NCBI GenBank assembly: GCA_045655105.1
Contig: JAZOOQ010000056.1
Span: 75,389-139,388, forward strand
Direction: 5' to 3'
DNA: 64,000 nt
Origin: Alphaproteobacteria bacterium
Lineage (GTDB): Bacteria; Pseudomonadota; Alphaproteobacteria; CAAHEQ01; UBA3637
In this document: one piece after another, positions 18,169-26,125 of the stretch
Layout: each line of letters begins with the position of its first letter
How positions within the stretch are numbered: position 1 is the stretch's first letter
Translations under genes and position numbers: made by a program
Notes under the pieces: generated by a model
Seen by the model: the letters and a program-made list of their open reading frames with translations, nothing else
Database searches by the model: none
What the model was told of the DNA's origin: nothing

Positions 18169-18196
18169 AAAGGGGGGGCAATCCTCCTTTTTTTTA
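18169..18196 (+). terminator. rho-independent terminator ending the pilus cluster
   Basis: aaaggggg (18169-18176) pairs with cctccttt (18183-18190) with one G-T wobble, then a T-run to 18196. Confidence 0.6.
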
Positions 18197-18213
18197 TAGA
18201 TAAGCTAAAATAA

Positions 18214-18237
18214 TACCCCCTGTGTTCGCAGGGGGTA
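18214..18237 (-). terminator. terminator hairpin downstream of glyQS
   Basis: Perfect 9-bp stem taccccctg / cagggggta with a 6-nt loop. On the minus strand it is followed by a T-rich tract. Confidence 0.6.
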
Positions 18238-18243
18238 AGCTAT

Positions 18244-19608
18244 TTAAATGAAATATTCTTTTAAAAGATTTGGCAATTCTTCTAATGAAACGCGTTTTTG
18301 TTCCATTGTATCTCTATCGCGAATGGTAACAGTTGTTGGACTTTGTTCAATACTTTCAAAGTCAACAGTGATACAAAATGGAGTTCCAATTTCATCATGA
18401 CGACGATAAGCTTTTCCAATGTTGCCAGAATCTTCAAGCATAACGCGACCAATGCCTGTTTTTAAAAGAGTGTTTTTAATATTGCGGGCCATTTCCATAA
18501 TTTGTGGATTATTGCGTTTAAGTGGAATAACGGCAGCTTTAACTGGTGCTAAATGTTTTTTAAGTTTTAAAACCGTTCTTGTTTCACCATTTGGTAAAGT
18601 TTCTTCCGTGTATGCTTCAGTTAAAACAGCTAAAACACCACGTTCAACACCTGCAGATGGTTCAACAACAAATGGAACATACCATTTTTTTGTTTCATCA
18701 TCAAAAAGAGCGAGTTTTGTGTTGCTTTCTTTGTTTTCATGAGGTGTTGCTGTTAATTCTAATTCAGATTGGTATCTTGTATGATTGCCAAGATCATAGT
18801 CTGTTCTATCAGCAATACCTTCTAATTCTTCTAATCCATGTGGGAATTCATATTCCAAATCATAAGTTGCTTTAGAATAGTGGGCTAATTCTTCTTTTTC
18901 AATGGCATGAACTTTTAATTTATCTTTATCAAGACCTTGATCTAACCACCATTGAATGCGGGTATCTTTCCATGTTTCAAGCCATTGTTCATCAGTTCCT
19001 GGTTTAACAAAATATTCAAGTTCCATTTGTTCAAATTCACGCACACGGAAAATAAAGTTACGTGGCGTAATTTCATTACGGAATGATTTACCAATTTGAG
19101 CAATTCCAAAAGGGGCTTTTCTGGCCGTTGAATCAACAACATTTTTAAATTGCGTGAAAATTGCTTGAGCTGTTTCAGGGCGCAAATAGGCAAAGTTTGA
19201 ACCATCTTCAATTGGACCAACTGTTGTTTTAAACATTAAGTTAAACATTCTTGGTTCGGTTAATTCTGTTGAACCACAATTAGGGCATTTCCCATCTTTA
19301 ATATGGTCAGCTCTAAAGCGATTTTTGCATTTTTTGCAATCAGTTAATGGGTCTGTAAATGTTGATTCATGTCCACTGTAATGCAAAACTTTTTGATGTG
19401 TTAAAATAGAAGAATCTAATCCTTCAATATCATCGCGTTCATAAATCATTGAACGCCACCAAGCTGCTTTTAAATTATTTTTGAGTTCAACGCCTAAAGG
19501 ACCAAAATCATAAACCCCTTGTAAACCGCCATAAATATCGGCATTTTGAAAAATAAATCCTCGTCTTTTACAAAGTGAAACCAATTGGTCCATTGATGTT
19601 GCTGGCAT
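18244..19608 (-). CDS. glyQS: glycine--tRNA ligase, homodimeric (alpha2) type
   Basis: 454 aa. [43 protein letters not shown] is near-identical in pattern to Thermus-type GlyRS. Class II motifs present. Confidence 0.9.
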   Translation of the reverse strand: MPATSMDQLVSLCKRRGFIFQNADIYGGLQGVYDFGPLGVELKNNLKAAWWRSMIYERDDIEGLDSSILTHQKVLHYSGHESTFTDPLTDCKKCKNRFRADHIKDGKCPNCGSTELTEPRMFNLMFKTTVGPIEDGSNFAYLRPETAQAIFTQFKNVVDSTARKAPFGIAQIGKSFRNEITPRNFIFRVREFEQMELEYFVKPGTDEQWLETWKDTRIQWWLDQGLDKDKLKVHAIEKEELAHYSKATYDLEYEFPHGLEELEGIADRTDYDLGNHTRYQSELELTATPHENKESNTKLALFDDETKKWYVPFVVEPSAGVERGVLAVLTEAYTEETLPNGETRTVLKLKKHLAPVKAAVIPLKRNNPQIMEMARNIKNTLLKTGIGRVMLEDSGNIGKAYRRHDEIGTPFCITVDFESIEQSPTTVTIRDRDTMEQKRVSLEELPNLLKEYFI

Positions 19609-19688
19609 AATAAACTCCTATCATAAAAATTAACAAACGAGGCAATAATACCATAAAATAAAGAAAAATTCAATGTTATTAGAAAAAA

Positions 19689-20474
19689 TTACTTAAATTT
19701 TTGAGAAAGCCAATTATTCAAAATTATTTCTAATTCTTTTTTGTTTTCGTCGGAGCGAAAAGTATGTGTTCCATTTTTAATGATATGAAGTTCTTTATCT
19801 GATTTTAGTTTTGAAAAAAGATCTTCATTTATTTCTTTTGTTGATGAAATATCACGATCGCCCGCAATAATTAAAGTGGGGCAGGTAATATGCTGAGCCA
19901 ACGTTTCAAGTTGATACTTTTGAGCATCATGAATATGATCAAAACTAATATATCCATTCACGTGTGGATTTTTTTCTTTTTCTTTATAGAGATATTTTTC
20001 TTGTTTCCATTTTAAAACAAAATCAGGTTTTGTTTTTTTATAAGAATCTAAAAGTTTGTTCCCATTATAAACAGGAGCAAGGCAAATAATTCCTTTAAAG
20101 AGGGATGGTTCTTTTATGGCCTGAAATAAAACAGCTCCAGCCCCTAAAGAATGCCCAAGAGCGAAAAATGGTTCTTGATAAAAATTTTGTTTTTTAGCCC
20201 AGTTTAAAATGACTTCAAAATCTTGGATGAAGTTTGAAAAACAAGCGTTTTTAAGATTGCCATCCGATTCGCCAAATGAATGTCTTGCATCGTAAAGACA
20301 AACGGCTAATCCTTTGTTTAAAAAGATGTCAGCGCATTTTAAAAGATAGTCTTCTTCTTTAAAGCCCGCTAATCCATGCAAAATAAAAACAAGCCCTAAT
20401 GCATCTTGTTTAGGGGTTAAAAGTTGCGCAATAATGTTTTCTTTTTGGAGTGTTGGGATAATAAATTTTTGCAT
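19689..20474 (-). CDS. alpha/beta-fold hydrolase (lysophospholipase/esterase-like)
   Basis: 261 aa. HG oxyanion region VFILHGLAG, nucleophile elbow GHSLGAG, C-terminal GTHTF (catalytic His). Confidence 0.7.
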   Translation of the reverse strand: MQKFIIPTLQKENIIAQLLTPKQDALGLVFILHGLAGFKEEDYLLKCADIFLNKGLAVCLYDARHSFGESDGNLKNACFSNFIQDFEVILNWAKKQNFYQEPFFALGHSLGAGAVLFQAIKEPSLFKGIICLAPVYNGNKLLDSYKKTKPDFVLKWKQEKYLYKEKEKNPHVNGYISFDHIHDAQKYQLETLAQHITCPTLIIAGDRDISSTKEINEDLFSKLKSDKELHIIKNGTHTFRSDENKKELEIILNNWLSQKFK

Positions 20475-20486
20475 TTAATTAAATAT

Positions 20487-20516
20487 AAAAAAACGGGGTT
20501 TCCCCCGTTTTTTTTG
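20487..20516 (-). terminator. bidirectional-looking rho-independent terminator
   Basis: cgggg (20494-20498) pairs with ccccg (20503-20507) around a 4-nt loop, flanked by an A-run and a T-run. Separates the small gene at 20521 from the hydrolase gene. Confidence 0.6.
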
Positions 20517-20520
20517 TTTG

Positions 20521-20853
20521 TTATTTAGGTCTTTTTGCAGATAAATGATAAACACCTGTTTCTGGATTGAGTGTATATGTTTCAATTCCCCATCTATCCC
20601 AAACAACTTCAAAAGAAGATGGTGTGATATTTTGAATTCGACCTTGGTCTGGTCCATTTTTACGACGAGCACGATTTGCTTCAAGTGGAACGAGCTCATC
20701 TCTCCAAGCTGGATGTTGAACTGTTACGGCTTTTGTAAAGTTCACATCTGAACTTGTTCCTGGTAAACTATCAAACAATGCATTGTTTGAATAATATGCA
20801 ACACCGGCTGTCAACCCACCCAAAACGACTAAAAATAATAAAAATTTTTTCAT
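20521..20853 (-). CDS. small N-terminally anchored/secreted protein, unknown function
   Basis: ATG at 20853 (MKKFLLFLVVLGGLTAGVAYYS ...) preceded by aggaga. The longer track ORF (to 20991) runs through a poly-A/T tract and is rejected. Confidence 0.5.
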   Translation of the reverse strand: MKKFLLFLVVLGGLTAGVAYYSNNALFDSLPGTSSDVNFTKAVTVQHPAWRDELVPLEANRARRKNGPDQGRIQNITPSSFEVVWDRWGIETYTLNPETGVYHLSAKRPK

Positions 20854-20951
20854 TTTTTCTCTCCTTCTATTTCTATTCTTATTTTTATGTATCAAAAAAA
20901 AAATAAAAAAACAACAAAAAAAATTAAAAAAATTAAAAATTTTTAAAAAAA

Positions 20952-21338
20952 TTAAAATGATAGCGGAAATGAGGTTTGGATTATTCCACAATCCATTTGA
21001 TAAAGATTGTTTTTTTCTTTAGATTTTCCATCTGTTTGCTTCTTAAATTTATTAAAAAGAGCATCAGGAGTATCTGTAAATGATTGGCATTGGCTAAAAT
21101 TTAAAAGAATTGTTTCTTCTTTTTGTTCATAAGTTTGATCACTTGAAAAAGAAAATTCTTGTGGAGTTTTAAAATTATAATCGATTGGGATTGTTAAATT
21201 AAGTGAGGGCCTGAAATAATTAATTTTAGATATTTCTTGTTTTTGAAGAGGTGTTTGTTGCATAACAGGTTTTTCTTTAAAAAAAGAAAAAATTAACAAA
21301 CCAAGTAAAATAATAAGAAGAATTAAAATTTTTTTCAT
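20952..21338 (-). CDS. small secreted protein, unknown function
   Basis: 128 aa. Signal/anchor MKKILILLIILLGLLIFSFF. No recognisable motif. Confidence 0.45.
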   Translation of the reverse strand: MKKILILLIILLGLLIFSFFKEKPVMQQTPLQKQEISKINYFRPSLNLTIPIDYNFKTPQEFSFSSDQTYEQKEETILLNFSQCQSFTDTPDALFNKFKKQTDGKSKEKNNLYQMDCGIIQTSFPLSF

Positions 21339-21374
21339 AAGAAAAATTATACTTTAAAAAAAAGATTTTTCAAA

Positions 21375-21403
21375 TAAAAAAGAGGGAAAGTCCCTCTTTT
21401 TTA
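21375..21403 (-). terminator. rho-independent terminator after the orphan operon
   Basis: agaggga (21381-21387) pairs with tccctct (21391-21397), flanked by A- and T-runs. Overlaps the stop codon at 21401. Confidence 0.55.
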
Positions 21404-22063
21404 TTTTGTTCGTTGAAGTGTTTTTAAGGCTTCATATAAGGCTTTTTGAACTGAAACAGGAAGTCTTGCGGCTCCAGATTTTATTTCATGTGGTGTTAAT
21501 TTTTTGCCGCTTTCAATCCAGCTATTCAAAATGGTATTTGAATTTAAAAACAATTCATTTACTTTATTAATTTGTTTATGTGCTGTTACAACATTTGTAT
21601 ATTTTCTTTTTTCATAAGCTGTACAAGCAAAGTTTTTTTCAATAGCAGGAGTAACAATGGCTCCCAATTGAATGGCTTTTGCATATAAAACAGGATTAAT
21701 TGAGCACTTTGAAATTAATTCAAGAATTGTTTCTCCAATGGGTTCATTTTCTGAGTTGTTTGTTTTTGCTTGGCATTTCATATCAATTGATTGAAGGTGA
21801 ATCAATTGAGGTGTTTTTTTGATTTTTTGGCTAAAACGCGTTAAATAAAATTGAATATGCGATTCGGCTCGTTGATAGGCAAGTTTTTTATCTTCAATAT
21901 AAGGTAATAAATTAACGTTTTCTGCAATTTCAGAAAGCATTCCTAATATATTTTCCGAATCTTGTGAAGCTAATTCTCTTGATTTTTCAATTTCATAATC
22001 AGTGAGCGATTCGTGATTCGCATTTTTTAATAATAATTCTTTGATTTCATTATTTTCTTTCAT
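21401..22063 (-). CDS. hypothetical soluble protein (orphan operon, gene 3)
   Basis: 220-aa ORF with no signal peptide or TM segment and no motif I recognise. 16-nt gap to the upstream gene. Confidence 0.55.
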   Translation of the reverse strand: MKENNEIKELLLKNANHESLTDYEIEKSRELASQDSENILGMLSEIAENVNLLPYIEDKKLAYQRAESHIQFYLTRFSQKIKKTPQLIHLQSIDMKCQAKTNNSENEPIGETILELISKCSINPVLYAKAIQLGAIVTPAIEKNFACTAYEKRKYTNVVTAHKQINKVNELFLNSNTILNSWIESGKKLTPHEIKSGAARLPVSVQKALYEALKTLQRTK

Positions 22064-22079
22064 TATTTTATCCTTTTAA

Positions 22080-22475
22080 TTAGCGAGAGTTTTCATTTTT
22101 TTGAAAAAACTGACAGGGTGTGTTTATTCCTCCTTTTTTTCTAAAGGCAAGTGTGGACGAGCTGTTTAAAAAATGCGAGAGAATGCCCTTTTGAATTTTT
22201 TTGCTTATTTGACCTTTGTTAAAAGCATGCAAAATAAGTTTTGGTTTTGCATAACAAAGATAAATGCTTTTCCATTTTTTATATTCTTGTTGCATAAAAC
22301 CAGTTTTATCTTGTTTTTCACAATATGCTTGATAGTAACACATTTGGTTAAATGCATTATCCTGATTTTCTTTTGCATTTTGATATAGTTTATCTGCAGG
22401 ATCTTGGGCGCTTTTTAAAATAGGCTCAAGCGCAGATAAAAGTTGATGAAAATAGGTGCTTGTTTTTGAACTCAT
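22080..22475 (-). CDS. hypothetical soluble protein (orphan operon, gene 2)
   Basis: 131-aa ORF, basic and Cys-containing (CYYQAYC). No motif recognised. Start lies 1 nt after the upstream stop. Confidence 0.5.
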   Translation of the reverse strand: MSSKTSTYFHQLLSALEPILKSAQDPADKLYQNAKENQDNAFNQMCYYQAYCEKQDKTGFMQQEYKKWKSIYLCYAKPKLILHAFNKGQISKKIQKGILSHFLNSSSTLAFRKKGGINTPCQFFQKNENSR

Positions 22476-22476
22476 T

Positions 22477-23394
22477 TTATCTTCCTTGTCTATTAGAAAG
22501 CATGTATTGTTTTAATTCTTTTACGGTTAATAATTTATTGTTGTTAGCAATCAAGTTTGAATAATTATCCATTTCGTGCGTTGTCATTTGTTCCCTGATT
22601 TTTTTGATAACTGGAACTTTTGCTGTGTGGTCTAAAATTTTTTGCCGTGCAACAGATGAAATGCTTGGTAAGTATTTTTGAATTAAATCTGGGTTTTTAT
22701 ATGTTTTATAAACTAAAAAGCCATCTGTTGCATTGATAGAATCTTCTTTTTGATTATCAAGTTGGCAATATTGGCGAAAAGCTTGATCTTTTATATTATC
22801 TAAATAGTTTGGCTGAATTTGTTTGATTTTTCGGATAATATCAAGTGTGAATAAAATTTCACGAGCAGATTTTGTTTCTTGAAATTTAACATTTGTTCCA
22901 GTTGGAGTGATACCGGCAGGCAATTCAGGGGCAACTGATTGCCATAATGGTTTGGTGAACGCTCTGATAAAACGATCTTGAAAGTAGGGGGGATAACTGT
23001 TTATATTGATTCTTAACATGTTAGGAAAGTTGCAAATATCATGAATGGCTTTTAATAACGCAATATCATCTGATGTTCCTGGAATACCGAATGCTTCATC
23101 TAAACGTAAAGTTGAAAAATGCCGGTCTTGTCGTTCATGAACGATTAATTTTGCAATGGGAGTTATTGGACCTCCGTTATACCAATGAGAAGGATCAGTT
23201 AAAACTTTATCTATACCATTGATAATATTATTGATTTTTGCTTTTCTTGAAAAGAAAAAGTGTTTGAATTTTAATATGGCTGCTTCTTTTTTTGAAAGAG
23301 GTTCTAAAAAAATGTTGTTATCCTGCCCAGGGGTTGTTAAAGATGCTTCTTGTGTTGAAAACAACTTTTCCTTTTTTGCTAATGTGTTGTTCAT
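22477..23394 (-). CDS. hypothetical soluble protein (orphan operon, gene 1)
   Basis: 305-aa ORF with no signal peptide and no motif recognised. Confidence 0.55.
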   Translation of the reverse strand: MNNTLAKKEKLFSTQEASLTTPGQDNNIFLEPLSKKEAAILKFKHFFFSRKAKINNIINGIDKVLTDPSHWYNGGPITPIAKLIVHERQDRHFSTLRLDEAFGIPGTSDDIALLKAIHDICNFPNMLRININSYPPYFQDRFIRAFTKPLWQSVAPELPAGITPTGTNVKFQETKSAREILFTLDIIRKIKQIQPNYLDNIKDQAFRQYCQLDNQKEDSINATDGFLVYKTYKNPDLIQKYLPSISSVARQKILDHTAKVPVIKKIREQMTTHEMDNYSNLIANNNKLLTVKELKQYMLSNRQGR

Positions 23395-23556
23395 AACTCT
23401 CTCTATTTTTTATTAAAAATCAAATGAATTTTGATAGATTATATCATAAAGCAATAATTATGTCAACTATTTTATATAAAAACAAAAAGATGAAAAAAAC
23501 ACCCTCTTTTTTTTAAGAAGGATGTTTTTTTATTTTTATTTTTATTTATTACTGTG

Positions 23557-24036
23557 TTATTCTTTTATTTTAACTTTTTTAGGCGCTTCTTTTTCATCTG
23601 TTATTTTAGGGATAACGATTTTTAGCACGCCATTTTTAAAATCAGCTTCAGCTTTTTCAGTTTGGCAGTTTTCGGGTAAGGCAATGCTCCTGTTTAAAAA
23701 ACCAAAGGAGCGTTCTGAAAAATAATAGCCATCTTCATTTGTTGTTTCATGGGAGTTTGTTTTTTCTCCTTTGATTGTTAAATATCCATCTTTTGAAATT
23801 TGGATATCAATATCTGCTGATTTCATTCCGGGAAGCTCTGCTTCAACCATAACAGCTTTATCTGTTTCAAAAATATCAATATCTGGATCAAATAAATTTA
23901 AATCAGAATTATCTGTCCAATTACGCGGAGCTAAATGTTTGTTGAAAATGCGATTGATTTCATTTTGAATATGATCAACTTCTTTATTCCTTTTATTTAT
24001 ATATTTTTGAGTATAAGGTGCAACTTTTTGTTTCAT
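23557..24036 (-). CDS. Hsp20/alpha-crystallin small heat-shock protein
   Basis: 159 aa. AELPGMKSADIDIQISKDGYLTIKGEK ... SFGFLNRSIALPENCQTEKAEADFKNGVLKIVIPK is a typical alpha-crystallin domain. Confidence 0.9.
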   Translation of the reverse strand: MKQKVAPYTQKYINKRNKEVDHIQNEINRIFNKHLAPRNWTDNSDLNLFDPDIDIFETDKAVMVEAELPGMKSADIDIQISKDGYLTIKGEKTNSHETTNEDGYYFSERSFGFLNRSIALPENCQTEKAEADFKNGVLKIVIPKITDEKEAPKKVKIKE

Positions 24037-24052
24037 TTTTTTCTCCTTTAAT

Positions 24053-24093
24053 AAAAAACGCTTATCACAATTTTTCAGATAAGCGTTTTTTTG
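24053..24093 (-). terminator. rho-independent terminator of the ABC exporter gene
   Basis: Perfect 10-bp stem aacgcttatc (24057-24066) / gataagcgtt (24078-24087). A T-run follows on the minus strand. Confidence 0.65.
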
Positions 24094-24114
24094 TTGTGAA
24101 CAATAAAAAATGAA

Positions 24115-25911
24115 CTATTGTGTATCCATCTTTTTGGATTTAAATTGAGCCATATAAAGCGCATGATAAGCGCTTTTATTTTCAAGAAGAGTTTCATGAG
24201 TTCCTTCTTCAATGATTTTTCCTTCATTGACAACAACAATTTTATCGGCATTTTGAATGGTTGAAAGGCGATGTGCGATTACAAAAACCGTTCGATCATT
24301 CATTAAATTATCAATAGCTTGTTGAACAATGGCTTCTGATTTATTATCAAGAGCGGATGTTGCTTCATCTAAAATAACAATTGGTGCATCTTTTAAGAAA
24401 GCTCTTGCGATTGCAACGCGTTGTTTTTGACCACCTGACAAAAGAACGCCACGTTCGCCGATTTCTGTATCCAGCCCCTTGGGAAGAGATTTGATGAATT
24501 CATCTAAACAAGCACTTCTTAAAGCTTTTTCAATTTCTTCAGTTGTTGCATTTTGTTTGCCAAGTAAAATATTATCTCTGATTGTTCCAGCAAACAAGAA
24601 ATTATCTTGAAACACAACGGCAATTTGATCTCTAAGAGATTTTAACGATACATCTTTAATATCAACATTATCAATTAGGATATTTCCTTTTGATATTTCA
24701 TAAAATCTTGGCAGTAAGTTTACAAGAGTTGTTTTTCCGCCACCAGAATTTCCAACAAAAGCTATTTTTTCGCCTTTTTTGATGGTTAAATTAATATCGT
24801 TTAAAACGTTTTTTTTGCCATCATAACTAAAAGTGATATTTTTATATTCAATTTGATTTTGAATGGGAGATAAAGCTGGGGCATTTTCTTTTTCTGAAAC
24901 ACTCATTTTCATTTCTAAAAATTCAAAAACGCGTTCAATAGCCATGAAAGACATTTGAACGGCGGTGAAATTTTTTCCAATGTTTTTAACTGGTGTGTAA
25001 AGCATTAAAAGAGCCGTCATAAAAGCAACGAAATCACCACTTGTAATTGTTCCAGATTTAATTAAATAACTTCCATACCAAATTGTTCCTGCAATTCCTA
25101 AAGAAATGATGATATGCATCATTGGAGAAAGCCAAGCAGTTTTTTGCGTGTATTTAATTTTTAATTTAAACATTTGTTTTAACACGCTTGAAAAACGACT
25201 TGATTGGTGATCTTCAAGGTTGTAAGATGCAATTGTTTTTAATCCTGAAAAAGTTTCATTAAAAGCAGTTAAAACAGCGCCCCCAGCCATAACAGTTGAA
25301 TTCATAACTTCTTTAATTTTTTTTCTGATTTGGGTTAGGGGATAAAGAGCGGAACCTAAAACAATTATAGCAATAATAGCTAATTGCCAAGAAGTGTAAA
25401 ATAAAACAAAAATAAGAGAAAATGAAGAGAAAAGACGTGTGGTGAAAACTTTTAGATTGTTTAATAAACCAGAACAAGCCAAATTAGGATCACTATCACA
25501 TCTGAAAACAACAAATCCTGAAGTATTTTTATCCACAAATGCGGATTCACAAGTAACAAGTTTTTGATAAATTTTTTCTTTAACATTGTTTGTGATTTTT
25601 CCGCCAACCCAAGCATTTAAATATGAGGCTCCATATTCTAAAGCGCTTTGAATAATTGTGAAAACAACAATAAAAAGAGGAATAACATAAAGAGGTAAAT
25701 TGAAAGGTGTTTCTCCACCTTTTTCCATGATGACAGTATCCATAAATGGCTTTAAAGAAAGGGCAATAACTGCATCTAATGAACCAATTGGAATGGTGAT
25801 AAGTGTGGCTGCTAAAGCTCTTCCCCAAAATGGTTTAATAAAAGGCCACATTCTGGAATAATTTAAAATAAAAGCATTCTTTTTTAATCGATCTTTAATT
25901 TTTTGTTTCAT
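24115..25911 (-). CDS. MsbA-like ABC exporter (fused permease/ATPase), paralog 1
   Basis: Six-helix TMD, Walker A GNSGGGKTT, signature LSGGQKQR, Walker B ILDEATSALD. ATG 25911 with gagga RBS is preferred over the TTG at 25965 used by the track. Confidence 0.9.
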   Translation of the reverse strand: MKQKIKDRLKKNAFILNYSRMWPFIKPFWGRALAATLITIPIGSLDAVIALSLKPFMDTVIMEKGGETPFNLPLYVIPLFIVVFTIIQSALEYGASYLNAWVGGKITNNVKEKIYQKLVTCESAFVDKNTSGFVVFRCDSDPNLACSGLLNNLKVFTTRLFSSFSLIFVLFYTSWQLAIIAIIVLGSALYPLTQIRKKIKEVMNSTVMAGGAVLTAFNETFSGLKTIASYNLEDHQSSRFSSVLKQMFKLKIKYTQKTAWLSPMMHIIISLGIAGTIWYGSYLIKSGTITSGDFVAFMTALLMLYTPVKNIGKNFTAVQMSFMAIERVFEFLEMKMSVSEKENAPALSPIQNQIEYKNITFSYDGKKNVLNDINLTIKKGEKIAFVGNSGGGKTTLVNLLPRFYEISKGNILIDNVDIKDVSLKSLRDQIAVVFQDNFLFAGTIRDNILLGKQNATTEEIEKALRSACLDEFIKSLPKGLDTEIGERGVLLSGGQKQRVAIARAFLKDAPIVILDEATSALDNKSEAIVQQAIDNLMNDRTVFVIAHRLSTIQNADKIVVVNEGKIIEEGTHETLLENKSAYHALYMAQFKSKKMDTQ

Positions 25912-26125
25912 GGTTTCCTCTAAAAAAGTTTCTTTTATACTAGCTGAAAGGAAATTTTTTGTCAACCGCTCTGCTTATCTTGTTGAAATTGTTGTGTTAT
26001 TAAAAAAATAGAGTGAAAATAAATATAAAAAAATAATTTAAAAAAAAGACTATCTTTTTGCTTGTAAATGAAAAAAATATATGCTAGAAAGTAAGAAGCG
26101 CTAAAAAAAATATGTGGGGGCAAGG

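Noticed and set aside
19609-19688. T-box or other leader upstream of glyQS (and similarly upstream of alaS, 60980-61094)
   Set aside because: The leaders are only about 80 and about 115 nt, too short for a T-box riboswitch. I found no specifier or T-box consensus or terminator-antiterminator alternative.
20856-20951. Possible tandem repeat or CRISPR-like periodicity in the A/T-rich block
   Set aside because: It contains only homopolymeric A/T runs of irregular length. There is no repeat-spacer structure and no cas genes anywhere in the window.
20854-20991. N-terminal extension of the 156-aa track ORF through the poly-A/T tract
   Set aside because: The extension translates to Phe/Asn/Ile/Lys low complexity. 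An internal ATG at 20853 has a good RBS and gives a normal signal anchor. The extension would also overlap the upstream gene.
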